Shown here one piece after another: positions 52,901 to 62,316 of a stretch of DNA of 64,000 bases (its first letter is position 1; every line of letters starts with the position of its first letter). The position numbers and the translations under genes are program-made. A model generated the notes under the pieces. That model saw nothing but the letters and a program-made list of their open reading frames with translations, made no database searches and was not told where the DNA came from. The DNA lies in assembly GCA_900314485.1 (NCBI GenBank), contig OMVL01000007.1, positions 3,070-67,069 of the forward strand, read 5' to 3'. The DNA comes from an uncultured Eubacteriales bacterium. GTDB lineage: Bacteria > Bacillota > Clostridia > Oscillospirales > Oscillospiraceae.

Positions 52901-53589
52901 ACGGCAGACAGTACAAGTATTACTTTGACGAGGAGACCGGCGCACTGGTGACCAATCTGTATTCCTACTTCGGCAAGGAGTACCGGAGCATGAAGTGCCG
53001 CATCGAGGTGTACATCAATGCCAAGAGCAGCAGTAATCCCAGCTTCATGACCATCTATGTCTACGATGGGGCCACGGATTCTTACTGCATCCCCACGGTT
53101 TCCGTCCGCTGTATCGGCAGTCCGGTCAATAGCATTGCCACCAACTCGGGCTATCTGGGCAGAGGCGGCGGTTCCCGCTGGGCCTCTCACATGGAAGGTC
53201 TGCAGTACGCAACCTATATCCACGGTACCCCCAGCTATTTCCACTCGGTCATGTTCCGGAGCAATTCCAACCATGCCCTGGCCTACAGCACCTATAACAG
53301 CCTGGCCAACAACCGGAACAACTCCAACGGCTGCATCCGCATGCAGTGCATCTATGCGTATCTGATTCAGGACATCACCCATAACGGCTACGGCCTGCAC
53401 AACAGAGTCCCGGTCAGGATCTACAAAAACGGCTCTCAGCCCGGCCCCTTCGGTGTGCCTAAGATGGACAAAATCTCCAGCCGAAGCACAGAACCTACGG
53501 ATCCCTCCATTACCGGAAAGTTCTTCTACAGCACCAGCACGGTCGGCGTCAAGGTGACCGGCGGCGCTCCGGCCTGGACCTATTATTGA
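49903..53589 (+). CDS. Secreted FN3-repeat cell-wall protein with C-terminal L,D-transpeptidase (YkuD)-like domain
   Basis: Signal peptide (GTG start after AAGGAG); about seven to eight I.W.....GY.VYR...Y.D.....Y.Y.VRAY repeats; choline-binding-like YYVDKNG..LTGWQ; FHSV...SNGCIRM. Confidence 0.8.
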   Translation: MKHPFLKRSICLLLAVLSVLAMPAYALEGVAQAEEAQSDGQKTVQSDPFDPSGEATEKETPNVPEVEVPTVFVNEDGSYRAPEDIAVYVMRHMQETSLSNPSQADERYTGVVAFYDYAEGNEKTRLEHPYFFYYEKGELQDKDPAFYLAKGYLDLTEAPVADSSINPAAGEEEDRLVYVAEERYVDENAEEHPAYLFAFHQEEGENGLFTGDYEETAYVDGLAVTAEGPGAAEPVQPETVQETQAAESIDPAGPAKAPAADPEDPSDPSDPTDPEPQGPTVVHTVPTVTVKTVSAGIQIAWGADEYATGFRVYRKNGNGDWGRIADLTDGNAVSYVDTRAPSNANLSYTVRAYYGDTANISNNPYGSGDWSGFAGTGPLYYLAAPVPSAFGAASKITVSWKAVAGADYYIVYRTESDGSWKRVAMVTADKLSYVDTTAVSGSSYYYTLRAYNKARDAWSLFYDTRQDSINRVSLHATPVVKLIPTTTGINVTWNKDAAATGYRIYRSLSDGTTIVLANITSGNTTSYMDTKVTNGQSYSYGVRAYYGDVTKLSTATVASAAAMWSDVIAVRTIFMKTPQFTTTYSDNAGMVVQWTAVAGATGYLLYRRSSTAENWTRLAFVTNGTTYQDKSVTNGKPYYYAIRAYKTDAKGTKYFSVDTDQTTATVYHATVNTTVAAVPAGLRISWNLDSRAVGYRVYRLHGNDAKVVANISASSLKAGQTLAYVDDPATDLKAGDTYYYTVRAYYGTGSINVVRADVRTDWNGFVWKAAVYMATPHMAEFATNEPTGIKVKWNTVAGAAGYYIYRRTATGNWHGVGSVQGGTTNAYIDTTATKLPAGTVCYYTVRAFSAKGVSISYFEPTGSYALYLPKPGGVKVAPATSRGTTVTWNSVKGATSYTVFRHPQGGGSWTQLGTVTGTSYVDASANKTTDRYIYTIRPSAAVTVNGKKVTIVGDYDRTGYQSGITWSGEERNDWVKKNGNTYYVDKNGFLLTGWQYLKRNGRQYKYYFDEETGALVTNLYSYFGKEYRSMKCRIEVYINAKSSSNPSFMTIYVYDGATDSYCIPTVSVRCIGSPVNSIATNSGYLGRGGGSRWASHMEGLQYATYIHGTPSYFHSVMFRSNSNHALAYSTYNSLANNRNNSNGCIRMQCIYAYLIQDITHNGYGLHNRVPVRIYKNGSQPGPFGVPKMDKISSRSTEPTDPSITGKFFYSTSTVGVKVTGGAPAWTYY

Positions 53590-53859
53590 TCTTCGCTGAT
53601 CCCGGCTTCGTTTCCCCGGAACTTCGGTTCCGGGGAAATTCTTTTGATACAGCCAAAAATATTCGGAAAATGCGGCTTGGCCCGTAAAAATTTCGGAAAC
53701 TAAAACGTCAAACAAAACAATTTCTTGACGTGCAGAGAAGCCTCTTTTGAACAGTTCGCTGAAAGCGCGGCAAAATTTACGGAAAACAGGGCGATTTCTT
53801 GACATAGAGGGTGCATTTCAACTAAAATAATGCCATCAAAACTTTGGTGGAATCAATCC

Positions 53860-53933
53860 GCTTGCTGAAACAAAAATATGCAGCATAAGCCTTCAAAGAC
53901 GCAGGCATTGCCATATTTGGCGATGCCTTTTTG
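53860..53933 (+). promoter_or_regulatory. ANTAR-like dual hairpin overlapping an intrinsic terminator
   Basis: GCCTTC-AAAGAC-GCAGGC hairpin shares AGGC with terminator AGGCATTGCCA/TGGCGATGCCT-TTTT; upstream degenerate hairpin TGCTG...CAGCA. Confidence 0.6.
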
Positions 53934-54003
53934 TATATCCGGCTATCGATGGATCCATTCATCGTTTATATAGATGAGAATTGAGAGAAAAGAGGTATTT
54001 TTT

Positions 54004-55506
54004 ATGCTGGAAGTCGTTACAAATATCAACAACGCAGTGAATAATGTTGTCTGGGGCTGGCCTGCGCTCATCCTGCTCTTTGCGGTCGGCCTTCTGATGA
54101 CGATCCTGACCAAAGGATTCCAGTTCACCCATTTTGGCCACTGGATGAAGAACACCATCGGTGCTATCTTTCGTGACAAGCATGTGGTGGGCCACACAAA
54201 GGATAAGTCAATCTCCCAGTTTCAGTCTCTCTGTACTGCCCTGGCTGCTACGGTAGGCACAGGCAACATTGTCGGCGTTTCCGGCGCAATTATCGTCGGT
54301 GGCCCCGGCGCTGTGTTCTGGATGTGGCTGATCGCCCTGCTGGGTATGATGACCAACTATTCGGAAAATGTGCTGGGCATTTATTACCGGCGGAAGAACT
54401 CCTTCGGCGAGTGGTCCGGCGGCGCCATGTACTATCTGCGTGACGGTCTCGGCTCCTATAAAAACTGCAAGACCATCGGCAAGGTGCTGGCGGTACTGTT
54501 CTCTGTGTTCTGCTTCCTTGCCTCCTTCGGCATTGGCAACATGACCCAGGTCAACTCTATCTCCGGCGACATGGAGTCTGTCTTCCACGTTCCCACTTGG
54601 ATCACCGGCGTTGTGGTCCTGATCGTGGCCGGCCTGGTCATCGTGGGCGGCCTGAAGCGGATCGCCTCTGTGACGGAGAAGATCGTTCCCTTCATGGTGG
54701 TCATCTACATCATCGGCAGCCTCTTCATTTTCTTTACCAATCTTCATCAGATCCCTGCCGTCTTTGCCGCCATCTTTAAGGGCGCCTTCGGGTTCAAGGC
54801 TGCCTCCGGCGGTGTTGTGGGCTACGGCATCAAGCTGGCCATCGAGATGGGCATGAAGCGGGGCGTGTTCTCCAACGAGGCGGGCCTTGGCTCCTCTGTT
54901 ATGGTCCACTCCAACTCCAACGTGAGAGAGCCTGTACGTCAGGGCATGTGGGGCATCTTTGAGGTGTTTGCGGATACCATTGTGGTGTGCACCCTGACTG
55001 CCTTCTCCGTGCTGTCCTCCGGGCTGGTGGATCTGGATACCGGCGTTGCGGCCACCGAGTACGCAGGCGTGGAGATCACCAAGGCGAATATGATCAGCAC
55101 AGTCTTCTTCATCCGGTTCGGCTATATTGGCGGCGTATTTGTGGCGATTGCCATCATGCTGTTTGCCTTCTCCACCGTCCTCGGCTGGAGCCACTACGGC
55201 ACGAAGGCCTGCGAGTTCCTGTTCGGTGAAAAATATACCATTATCTATCGGGTGATCTTTGTCGCTGCCATTTTCGGCGGCGCTGTCATGGGCGATAACC
55301 TGGCCTGGGATATTGCCGACACCCTCAACGGCATGATGATGATCCCCAACCTGATCGGCGTCATTGCCCTGGCCCCCACCGTCATGCGCATTACCAGCAA
55401 CTATGTGGCTCGTAAGCTCCGCGGCAAGGATGTGGAGCCGATGATCTCCAACTGGGAGGATATTCAGGCGGAGCAGGCAGCGGAAGTGAAGCTGGGAGCA
55501 GAGTAA
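54004..55506 (+). CDS. Alanine/glycine:cation symporter (AGCS)
   Basis: LAATVGTGNI, GGPGAVFWMW, GGAMYY, RGVFSNEAGLGS, DTIVVCTLT. Confidence 0.95.
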   Translation: MLEVVTNINNAVNNVVWGWPALILLFAVGLLMTILTKGFQFTHFGHWMKNTIGAIFRDKHVVGHTKDKSISQFQSLCTALAATVGTGNIVGVSGAIIVGGPGAVFWMWLIALLGMMTNYSENVLGIYYRRKNSFGEWSGGAMYYLRDGLGSYKNCKTIGKVLAVLFSVFCFLASFGIGNMTQVNSISGDMESVFHVPTWITGVVVLIVAGLVIVGGLKRIASVTEKIVPFMVVIYIIGSLFIFFTNLHQIPAVFAAIFKGAFGFKAASGGVVGYGIKLAIEMGMKRGVFSNEAGLGSSVMVHSNSNVREPVRQGMWGIFEVFADTIVVCTLTAFSVLSSGLVDLDTGVAATEYAGVEITKANMISTVFFIRFGYIGGVFVAIAIMLFAFSTVLGWSHYGTKACEFLFGEKYTIIYRVIFVAAIFGGAVMGDNLAWDIADTLNGMMMIPNLIGVIALAPTVMRITSNYVARKLRGKDVEPMISNWEDIQAEQAAEVKLGAE

Positions 55507-55687
55507 TCTCTCCTGAGCATATATAGACGGAGCACAGGCGGTCTGCCTGTGCTCCGTTTTTGCCTGATGGAGGGATGCACCGAAAATGGGCGTCGGGGCA
55601 GCAAAGTACGGGAAAAACTAAATTCCAAATGTTATTTATGGGTTGACAACAGGGGCATCCTGTCATACTATAGTACAGAGAAGTTAA

Positions 55688-55842
55688 TTCGTCCGGTAGG
55701 TAAGGCTACCACAAGGATATGGGTTGCTGCCGCAAAGTCGTGGAGACACGATTCGTTGGTTTGAGCAGTTGGTATCGCCCTCAAGGTATCATCTAATGCA
55801 ACTTCACCGCCTTGTGATGCTAAAGCTTGAACGGTGGGAAGA
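55688..55842 (+). ncRNA. M-box (ykoK) Mg2+ riboswitch
   Basis: GGTAGGTAAGGCT, GTTGCTGCC, AAGGT...TAATGCAAC, GCTAAAGCT; terminator at 55875-55915; upstream of mgtE. Confidence 0.9.
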
Positions 55843-55995
55843 GCGCCCCTTTGCAGGGTGGTCCGAAGACGCTCAATACATCTGATGCCGGAGGCGGTGT
55901 CAGGTGTTTTTTTATGATTACGGCAATGGTTCCCGTAGACGGTATTCCGCTGGGAATACAAATTGCCGGTTTTATATCTTTGAGGAGGTGGCAGT

Positions 55996-57387
55996 ATGGC
56001 TGATTTTGAGAGCAGAAGAGAGAAAATGGTCCATATCGTAGGGGATCTGCTGAAGCGAAAACAGTACGCCCAGCTGCGCGGTCTGCTGCTGCCTCTGGAG
56101 CCGGCGGACGTTGCTCAGCTTATGGAGGATGTGGACGAGACGAGCATCCCGTTGATCTTTCGGCTGCTGCCCAAGGAGGATGCGGCGGAGGTCTTTGTCG
56201 AGCTGAGTCCGGAGCATCAGGAGGCGCTGATCCGCAGCTTCTCCAACAGCGAGCTGAAGGAAGTGCTGGATGAGCTGTATCTGGACGATGCCGTTGACAT
56301 TGTGGAGGAAATGCCTGCCAACGTGGTCAAGCGCATCCTGGCCCACTCCGACCCGGAGATGCGCAAGAGCATCAACGAGATTTTGAAGTATCCGGAGGAC
56401 TCTGCCGGCTCCATCATGACCACCGAGTTCATCGACCTCAAGGGGGACATGACGGTGGAGGACTGCTTTAAGCGCATCCGCCGCAACGCCTCTGATGTGG
56501 AGACGATCAGCGTCTGCTTCGTGCTGGACAGAGACCGCAAACTCCGGGGCTATGTGACGATTCGGGACCTGTTTCTTGCCGCCTACGAGGACGAGGTACG
56601 GGAGATCATGGACACGAATATCGTCTCCGTCACCACGCTGGAGGATCAGGAATCCGTCGCCCAGAAATTCAGCAAGTACGACTTTCTGACCATGCCCGTC
56701 GTAGATGGAGAGGGCCGTCTGGTGGGCATTATCACCGTCGATGACGTCATGGACGTCATGCAGGCGGAGGCCACCGAGGACATTGAGAAGATGGCCGCTA
56801 TGCTGCCCAGCGACAAGCCCTACCTCCGCACCGGCGTCTTTGAGACCTGGAGAAGCCGTATTCCCTGGCTGCTGCTGCTGATGGTTTCGGGCACCTTTAC
56901 CAGTCTGATCATCACGAAATTTGAGACGGCGCTGCTTGCCTGCGCTGTGCTCAGCGCCTATATTCCCGTCCTCACGGACACCGGCGGCAACGCCGGCTCT
57001 CAGGCGTCTGTCGCCGTTATCCGCTCCCTGTCCTTGCAGGAGGTGCATTTCAGCGACATTGCCAAGGTCGTCTGGAAGGAGATCCGGGTGGCGGTATTCT
57101 GCGGGCTGACGCTGGCTACGGCCAACTTCTTTAAGCTGTTGCTGGTGGACGGGATGCTCTTTCACAATCCGGCGGTGACGCCGCTAGTGGCCTTTGTGGT
57201 CTGTGTGGCGCTGGCTTGCACCGTGGTCACCGCTAAGGCGGTGGGCTGCACGCTGCCGCTCCTTGCCGATAAGCTGGGCCTCGACCCGGCAGTTGTGGCA
57301 AGTCCCTTCATCACCACCATTGTGGATGTGCTGGCGCTGCTGATCTACTTCGGCTTTGCCACCATATTCATTCCGGGCGTGGGGTAA
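55996..57387 (+). CDS. mgtE: Magnesium transporter MgtE
   Basis: DDAVDIVEEMP, YPEDSAGSIMT, CBS pair, GGNAGSQ, DPAVVASPFITTIVD. Confidence 0.97.
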   Translation: MADFESRREKMVHIVGDLLKRKQYAQLRGLLLPLEPADVAQLMEDVDETSIPLIFRLLPKEDAAEVFVELSPEHQEALIRSFSNSELKEVLDELYLDDAVDIVEEMPANVVKRILAHSDPEMRKSINEILKYPEDSAGSIMTTEFIDLKGDMTVEDCFKRIRRNASDVETISVCFVLDRDRKLRGYVTIRDLFLAAYEDEVREIMDTNIVSVTTLEDQESVAQKFSKYDFLTMPVVDGEGRLVGIITVDDVMDVMQAEATEDIEKMAAMLPSDKPYLRTGVFETWRSRIPWLLLLMVSGTFTSLIITKFETALLACAVLSAYIPVLTDTGGNAGSQASVAVIRSLSLQEVHFSDIAKVVWKEIRVAVFCGLTLATANFFKLLLVDGMLFHNPAVTPLVAFVVCVALACTVVTAKAVGCTLPLLADKLGLDPAVVASPFITTIVDVLALLIYFGFATIFIPGVG

Positions 57388-57462
57388 ACGAAACATATGC
57401 ACGAAAAGACCGGAGCAGGCGGCTGCCTGCTCCGGTGCTGTGCGTTTTTGGGCGCCGATCCG

Positions 57463-58527
57463 TTAAACCTCTGTCCCGTCCTCCAGATCCCGGTACTTTT
57501 CCTTGATCCACGCCTGCCGTTGCTTGACGCCGTATTTGGTGAGTCTCCAGAAGGGGTACATAATGGCGCACTCTACCACGAGCATCAGAACGATGAAAAA
57601 GATGACATCTTCCAAACCGCCAAAACCGTCAAAATGTGCGGCATAGAGGGCGCTGCCCATAGTCACGACCGGAGGTGTGAGAAGATAAAACCATTTTATC
57701 TTTAAGGCACGGCGGCAGTCCCGCTCCTCCTTTTCCAAAAACGCTGCATAGTTTAGCTCCCCCTTGCCCTTTTTGACGCTCCGCGCGTTGGCCTTCTGAT
57801 ACTTCTTCTCCATCTCTTTGGGGAATTCCTTTGCCGCTTCCGCATTTACCAGTTCCCCGAACTTTACCTGCGTCTCTTTATGTTTCGCCAGCCGCTTGCG
57901 GTTGAGGAGGTAGTAGATACCCAGATAGACGCAGCAGACTGCTGCCGCCACCCACGGGGGAATGGGGAAGGAGGACTCGGTGTTGAAAATGAAGGCAAAC
58001 AGGGCGACCATAGCCACAAAGGCCACTACGGCCGTGACGATCTGCAGCGCCCGCATGGACACCTTTTTCAGCCGGAACATGGTGCGCCGGGTGAGAGTGC
58101 CCACCAGTGCGCCGACCAGAGCGCAGATGGCCATGCCCACAAGATAGCCGAAATAGTTTGTGACATCGGTGGGGTTCAGGAGGGCGGAAAATCCGCCGTC
58201 CCACACGGCGATGAGCATATCCAGTACGGAGAAGATCAGCAGAAACCACGCCACCCGCTTTGTGTAGTCGGCAAAGTAGAGCAGCCGGTTCTTCCAGCCA
58301 AATTCCGACACAAAGCTGCGGCAGAAATACTCCATATTGCCGCCGGTGATGCGCTTGACCGGCCTGCCTGCGGTCTGGGCGGTGAGGAACAGGTCGAACA
58401 GGTCACCCAGCTGTTCGTCTTTGGTCACCTCGTCGATCGTTTCGGTACTCAGATAGGTCACCACCTGATCGAAGGCCTCGGTATATTCCTTGTTCAGCTT
58501 ATCTGCGTACATCGCATAGCTCTTCAT
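57463..58527 (-). CDS. Membrane protein with DUF1048-like N-terminus (PadR operon partner)
   Basis: LNKEY..AF..V..Y...DLFL.AQ..G helical N-terminus plus TM helices; overlaps padR. Confidence 0.7.
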   Translation of the reverse strand: MKSYAMYADKLNKEYTEAFDQVVTYLSTETIDEVTKDEQLGDLFDLFLTAQTAGRPVKRITGGNMEYFCRSFVSEFGWKNRLLYFADYTKRVAWFLLIFSVLDMLIAVWDGGFSALLNPTDVTNYFGYLVGMAICALVGALVGTLTRRTMFRLKKVSMRALQIVTAVVAFVAMVALFAFIFNTESSFPIPPWVAAAVCCVYLGIYYLLNRKRLAKHKETQVKFGELVNAEAAKEFPKEMEKKYQKANARSVKKGKGELNYAAFLEKEERDCRRALKIKWFYLLTPPVVTMGSALYAAHFDGFGGLEDVIFFIVLMLVVECAIMYPFWRLTKYGVKQRQAWIKEKYRDLEDGTEV

Positions 58528-58856
58528 TGCTCTTCCACCTTTCCATTCAAAATGTTGTCTGCGGAGACGGAAATTCTGCGATAGCTGTCCCGAAAGGCGG
58601 CCAAATACCCGCTTCCCGCCTCGGTCACTGAGAAGTATTTCCGAATCGGCCCGTAAGGGGACTTCTCCTTCCGGCAGGAGATCAGCCCCTTCTTTTCCAG
58701 CCGGGTCAAAATGGGGTACAGCGTCCCCTCCATCAGTCCCTCAAAGCCGCTCTCACTCAGCTCGGTGAGAATTTCGTATCCGTAGGTCTCGCCACGTTGG
58801 ATGATGGCCAGCACGCAACCCTCCAAAACGCCCCGCAGTAATTGAGATTCTTCCAT
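58524..58856 (-). CDS. PadR-family regulator
   Basis: QLLRGVLE, YGYEI, EGTLYPILTRLE, RKYFSVT. Confidence 0.95.
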   Translation of the reverse strand: MEESQLLRGVLEGCVLAIIQRGETYGYEILTELSESGFEGLMEGTLYPILTRLEKKGLISCRKEKSPYGPIRKYFSVTEAGSGYLAAFRDSYRRISVSADNILNGKVEEQ

Positions 58857-58874
58857 CGGGATTCCCCCTTTCAG

Positions 58875-58935
58875 CTACTTGGTGTTGCTAAGTAGTGTGG
58901 ACAGTATAGCAGTGCTACTTGGCGTTGTCAAGTAG
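58875..58935 (-). promoter_or_regulatory. padR promoter with two operator copies
   Basis: CTACTTGG-N7-AAGTAG at 58875 and 58915, flanking or overlapping TTGACA-17-TATACT. Confidence 0.7.
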
Positions 58936-59027
58936 GTGAGAAAAATTTTGGGTAAGTAAGAGGCATCTGCCCCACAAAAAACCCGCCGCCCCAAATGGGA
59001 CGGCGGGTTATCCTGTCTGCAATATCC

Positions 59028-60731
59028 TTACTTCTGCCCGTTTTCCAGCTGTTTCTCCAACTTCTTTCCCCGGTTGATGGCGCAGAGAATCGCCTTGATG
59101 GAGGCCATGGAGATGTTATGGTCGATGCCCACGCCAAAGACGTCAATGCCGTCCTTTGTCCGCAGCTGGATGTAGGACACGGCCTGAGAGTCGGAGCCCT
59201 GGCTGATGGCGTGCTCCTTGTAGTCGATGAACTGATAGCGGTTCATCCGCTCGTCATGGATGGCGTTGAAGAAGGCGTCGATGGGGCCGTTGCCGTTGCC
59301 GGAGACCTCGAAGATCGTGTCCTTATGCTGAAGCCGTCCCCAGAAATGGGAGTGGGCCACGCCGTTTTCCACGTCGGCGCCCAGACGGTTGTTAATGAGC
59401 CGATAGGGCCCGTCCACCTTGAGGTATTCGTTCTCGAACAGCTCGTAGATGGTGTCCGCCTTCAGCTCCACGCCCGCCTCGTCAGAGGCCTTCTGAACGA
59501 CAGCGCCGAACTCCGGGTGCATGGCCTTGGGCATATCAAATCCGAACTTGTGGTTCATAATAAAGGCGGCCCCGCCCTTGCCGGACTGGGAGTTGATGCG
59601 CACCGGCTCATAGGCTCTGCCCAGATCCTCCGGGTTAATGGGGAGATAGGGCACCATCCACTTGTCCGTCCCGGTCTCCTGCATGTAGTTAAAGCCCTTG
59701 TTGATGGCGTCCTGATGACTGCCCGAGAAGGCGGTAAAGACCAGATCGCCGGCGTAGGGCTGCCGGGCGGGAACCGGCATCTTGGTGCAGCGCTCGTACA
59801 TGGCGATAATGCGCTCCATATGGCTGAAATCCAGTTCCGGGTCAACGCCCTGGACGTACATATTCATGGCAACCGTGATCATGTCCACATTGCCGGTGCG
59901 CTCGCCGTTTCCGAAGAGGCAGGCCTCCACCCGCTCCGCGCCGGCAAGCAATCCGGCTTCTGTGGTAGCCACGCCGCAGCCCCGGTCGTTGTGGGGGTGG
60001 AGGGAGATGATGGCCCGCTCCCTGCCGGGGAGATTGCGGATAAAATACTCCATCTCGTCGGCAAACTGGTTGGGCATACAGTTCTCCACGGTGGTGGGAA
60101 GGTTGAGGATGACCCTGTGGTCAGCATCGGCGTGGAGGTGATCCAGCACGGCGGCGCAGATCTCCACGGCGGCGTCCATCTCCGTGCCCATAAAGGATTC
60201 CGGGGAGTATTCATACCGCAGATCGACTCCGGAGGCGATGACCGGCTGGGCCATCTCGTAGATGAGGTCGGCGGCGTCCACGGCGATCTGCTTCACGCCC
60301 TGCACGTCGGTGCGGAAGACCACCTCCCGCTGGAGGGTGGAGGTGGAGTTGTAGAAGTGGAAGATGACGTGCTTTGCGCCCTGAATGGCCTCAAAGGTCT
60401 TTTTGATGAGGTGGGGCCGGGCCTGGACCAGGACCTGAATGGTCACATCGTCAGGGATGTGCCCTCCCTCGATCAGTTCCCGGCAGATCTCGTAGTCCGT
60501 GTCCGAGGCGGAGGGGAAGCCGATCTCCACCTCTTTCACGCCGATCTCGTCCACCAGCATGTGGAACATCTCCAGCTTCTCGTCCATGTTCATGGGGTCG
60601 ATGAGGGCCTGGTTGCCGTCCCGGAGATCCACGGAGCACCAGACGGGCGCTTTTGTAATGGTGTTGTCCGGCCAGGTCCGGTTCTGGATGGGCTGGGGGA
60701 CAAAGGGGATATACTTTTCGTAGCCTTTCAT
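59028..60731 (-). CDS. leuA: 2-isopropylmalate synthase (actinobacterial/yeast-type)
   Basis: WCSVDLRDGNQAL, EYSPESF, HPHNDRG, GNGERTGNVD, FTAFSGSHQDAI, GNGPIDAF. Confidence 0.96.
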   Translation of the reverse strand: MKGYEKYIPFVPQPIQNRTWPDNTITKAPVWCSVDLRDGNQALIDPMNMDEKLEMFHMLVDEIGVKEVEIGFPSASDTDYEICRELIEGGHIPDDVTIQVLVQARPHLIKKTFEAIQGAKHVIFHFYNSTSTLQREVVFRTDVQGVKQIAVDAADLIYEMAQPVIASGVDLRYEYSPESFMGTEMDAAVEICAAVLDHLHADADHRVILNLPTTVENCMPNQFADEMEYFIRNLPGRERAIISLHPHNDRGCGVATTEAGLLAGAERVEACLFGNGERTGNVDMITVAMNMYVQGVDPELDFSHMERIIAMYERCTKMPVPARQPYAGDLVFTAFSGSHQDAINKGFNYMQETGTDKWMVPYLPINPEDLGRAYEPVRINSQSGKGGAAFIMNHKFGFDMPKAMHPEFGAVVQKASDEAGVELKADTIYELFENEYLKVDGPYRLINNRLGADVENGVAHSHFWGRLQHKDTIFEVSGNGNGPIDAFFNAIHDERMNRYQFIDYKEHAISQGSDSQAVSYIQLRTKDGIDVFGVGIDHNISMASIKAILCAINRGKKLEKQLENGQK

Positions 60732-60767
60732 GTTAGGTTCCTCCAATTTTGGCCTGAGGATAAAGAA

Positions 60768-61040
60768 AACCCCTGACCATGTATCTGGTCAGGGGTGAAA
60801 AAATTACACGGTACCACCCTGTTTTAGCGATCGCTTACACGAACGCCCTCTGCGGCCTCTGACAAGGCCTGTGCCGATAACGGGGCATGCCGGATGACCC
60901 TACTGCGCTTGATTCAGGCCATCGACTCCGGGAACAGTTATCCATGGAAAGCCGCATACCGGTTTACAGCAGCCACCGGCTCTCTGAAATGGGACAGATC
61001 CATCTTTTTTCCCTTCAACGTCTGTTGCAATTTGGTATTA
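60768..61040 (-). ncRNA. Leucine T-box riboswitch
   Basis: AGAGAG box, specifier CUG at the stem I base (GGATAA-CTG-TTCCC), T-box GGGTGGTACCGTG, terminator ACCCCTGACCA/TGGTCAGGGGT-TTT. Confidence 0.9.
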
Positions 61041-61177
61041 TAGCGGATGCCGGTTTCCTTGTCAACCTCTTTTTCTGCCCTCTGTTTCCGAAATGTGTCG
61101 GATTTTGTCGGTAAAAAGTGCTTTCCAAGGCGGAAAAGGTGTGTTACCGTAGACAGGAAGAAAGACAGAGGTGACGT

Positions 61178-61543
61178 ATGAGAGAGAACGACTACACACT
61201 GAGAGCCAGAGTCCTGCTGCGGAGTATGGGCATGCCGCCGAACTGCAAAGGATACCGCTATCTGACCTGCGCCGTCGCCCTCACGGCGGAGACTCTGGAC
61301 CGGGAGGGCAGACTGCCGGACGGACTGTACCGCCGGGTGGGTGTTTGCTGCGCTGCCGGGCCGGAGACGGTAGAGCGGAGCTGCCGCTATGCCGCGGGCC
61401 GGCTGTGGAAGGAGGGGAACAGGGCGGTGCGGAGCCGCTGGTTTCCCAAAAGCACCGCAGTGGGGAAAAACGGACCGCCTGTCGCCGTTTTTGTCCGCAT
61501 CCTGGCCCAGGTGCTGCTGCAGGAGTGGCGGAATTTTGGATAA
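61178..61543 (+). CDS. Stand-alone Spo0A C-terminal-domain-like protein
   Basis: MGMPPNCKGYRYL...LYRRVG...VERSCRYA..RLW resembles Spo0A HIKGYQYL...LYP...VERAIRHAIEVAW; no receiver domain. Confidence 0.75.
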   Translation: MRENDYTLRARVLLRSMGMPPNCKGYRYLTCAVALTAETLDREGRLPDGLYRRVGVCCAAGPETVERSCRYAAGRLWKEGNRAVRSRWFPKSTAVGKNGPPVAVFVRILAQVLLQEWRNFG

Positions 61544-61673
61544 AATGGATCGTTGGCACATTTTCAGTTCATGTTCCCCTTGCAAAACGGGGAAAAATAG
61601 GATAAAATAAAAGCGTATATAGACCCCGGCCGGTTATGGGCTGGAAGAGAACAAGATATTGGAGGCTATCAAT

Positions 61674-62243
61674 ATGGCTACTATCACTGCAGGCGATTTC
61701 AGAAATGGCGTCACCTTTGAATACGAGGGTAAAGTCATGCAGGTCGTGGAATTCCAGCACGTCAAGCCCGGCAAGGGCGCCGCTTTCGTGCGTACCAAGA
61801 TGAAGAACGTCATCACCGGCGCTGTCACCGAGACTTCCTTCAACCCCACTGCCAAGTTCGAGTCGGCATATATCGAGCGCAAGGTCATGGAGTACAGCTA
61901 TTCTGACGGCGATCTGTACTATTTCATGGACGTGGAGACCTACGACATGATCCCCCTGAACCGGGATCAGCTGGGCGACGCCTTCCGCTTCGTGAAGGAG
62001 AACACCGAGTGCAAGGTCCTGTCCTACAAGGGCAGCGTATTCGGCATCGAGGCGCCCAACTTCATGGACCTGGAGGTCACTGAGACCGAGCCGGGTCTGG
62101 CCGGCAACACCGCCACCAACACCCTGAAGCCTGCCACGCTGGAGACCGGCGCTGAGGTGCGTGTGCCGCTGTTCATCAACATCGGCGACCGCATCACCGT
62201 GGATACCCGCACCGGCGAATATCTGTCCCGCTGCAAGGATTAA
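61674..62243 (+). CDS. efp: Elongation factor P
   Basis: [40 protein letters not shown]. Confidence 0.98.
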   Translation: MATITAGDFRNGVTFEYEGKVMQVVEFQHVKPGKGAAFVRTKMKNVITGAVTETSFNPTAKFESAYIERKVMEYSYSDGDLYYFMDVETYDMIPLNRDQLGDAFRFVKENTECKVLSYKGSVFGIEAPNFMDLEVTETEPGLAGNTATNTLKPATLETGAEVRVPLFINIGDRITVDTRTGEYLSRCKD

Positions 62244-62316
62244 GCTTGCTGATTCTGTCAAACCTAAGGCTGTCGAAGTTTTTCGGCAGCCTTTTATAAC
62301 AAAGGAGTGATCTCAA

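Noticed and set aside
50056-53805. Long antisense ORFs (for example 50056..53805, 30625..32895, 27211..29052, 58995..60776, 1952..3154)
   Set aside because: Shadow frames opposite clearly recognisable genes in high-GC DNA; no motifs or RBS.
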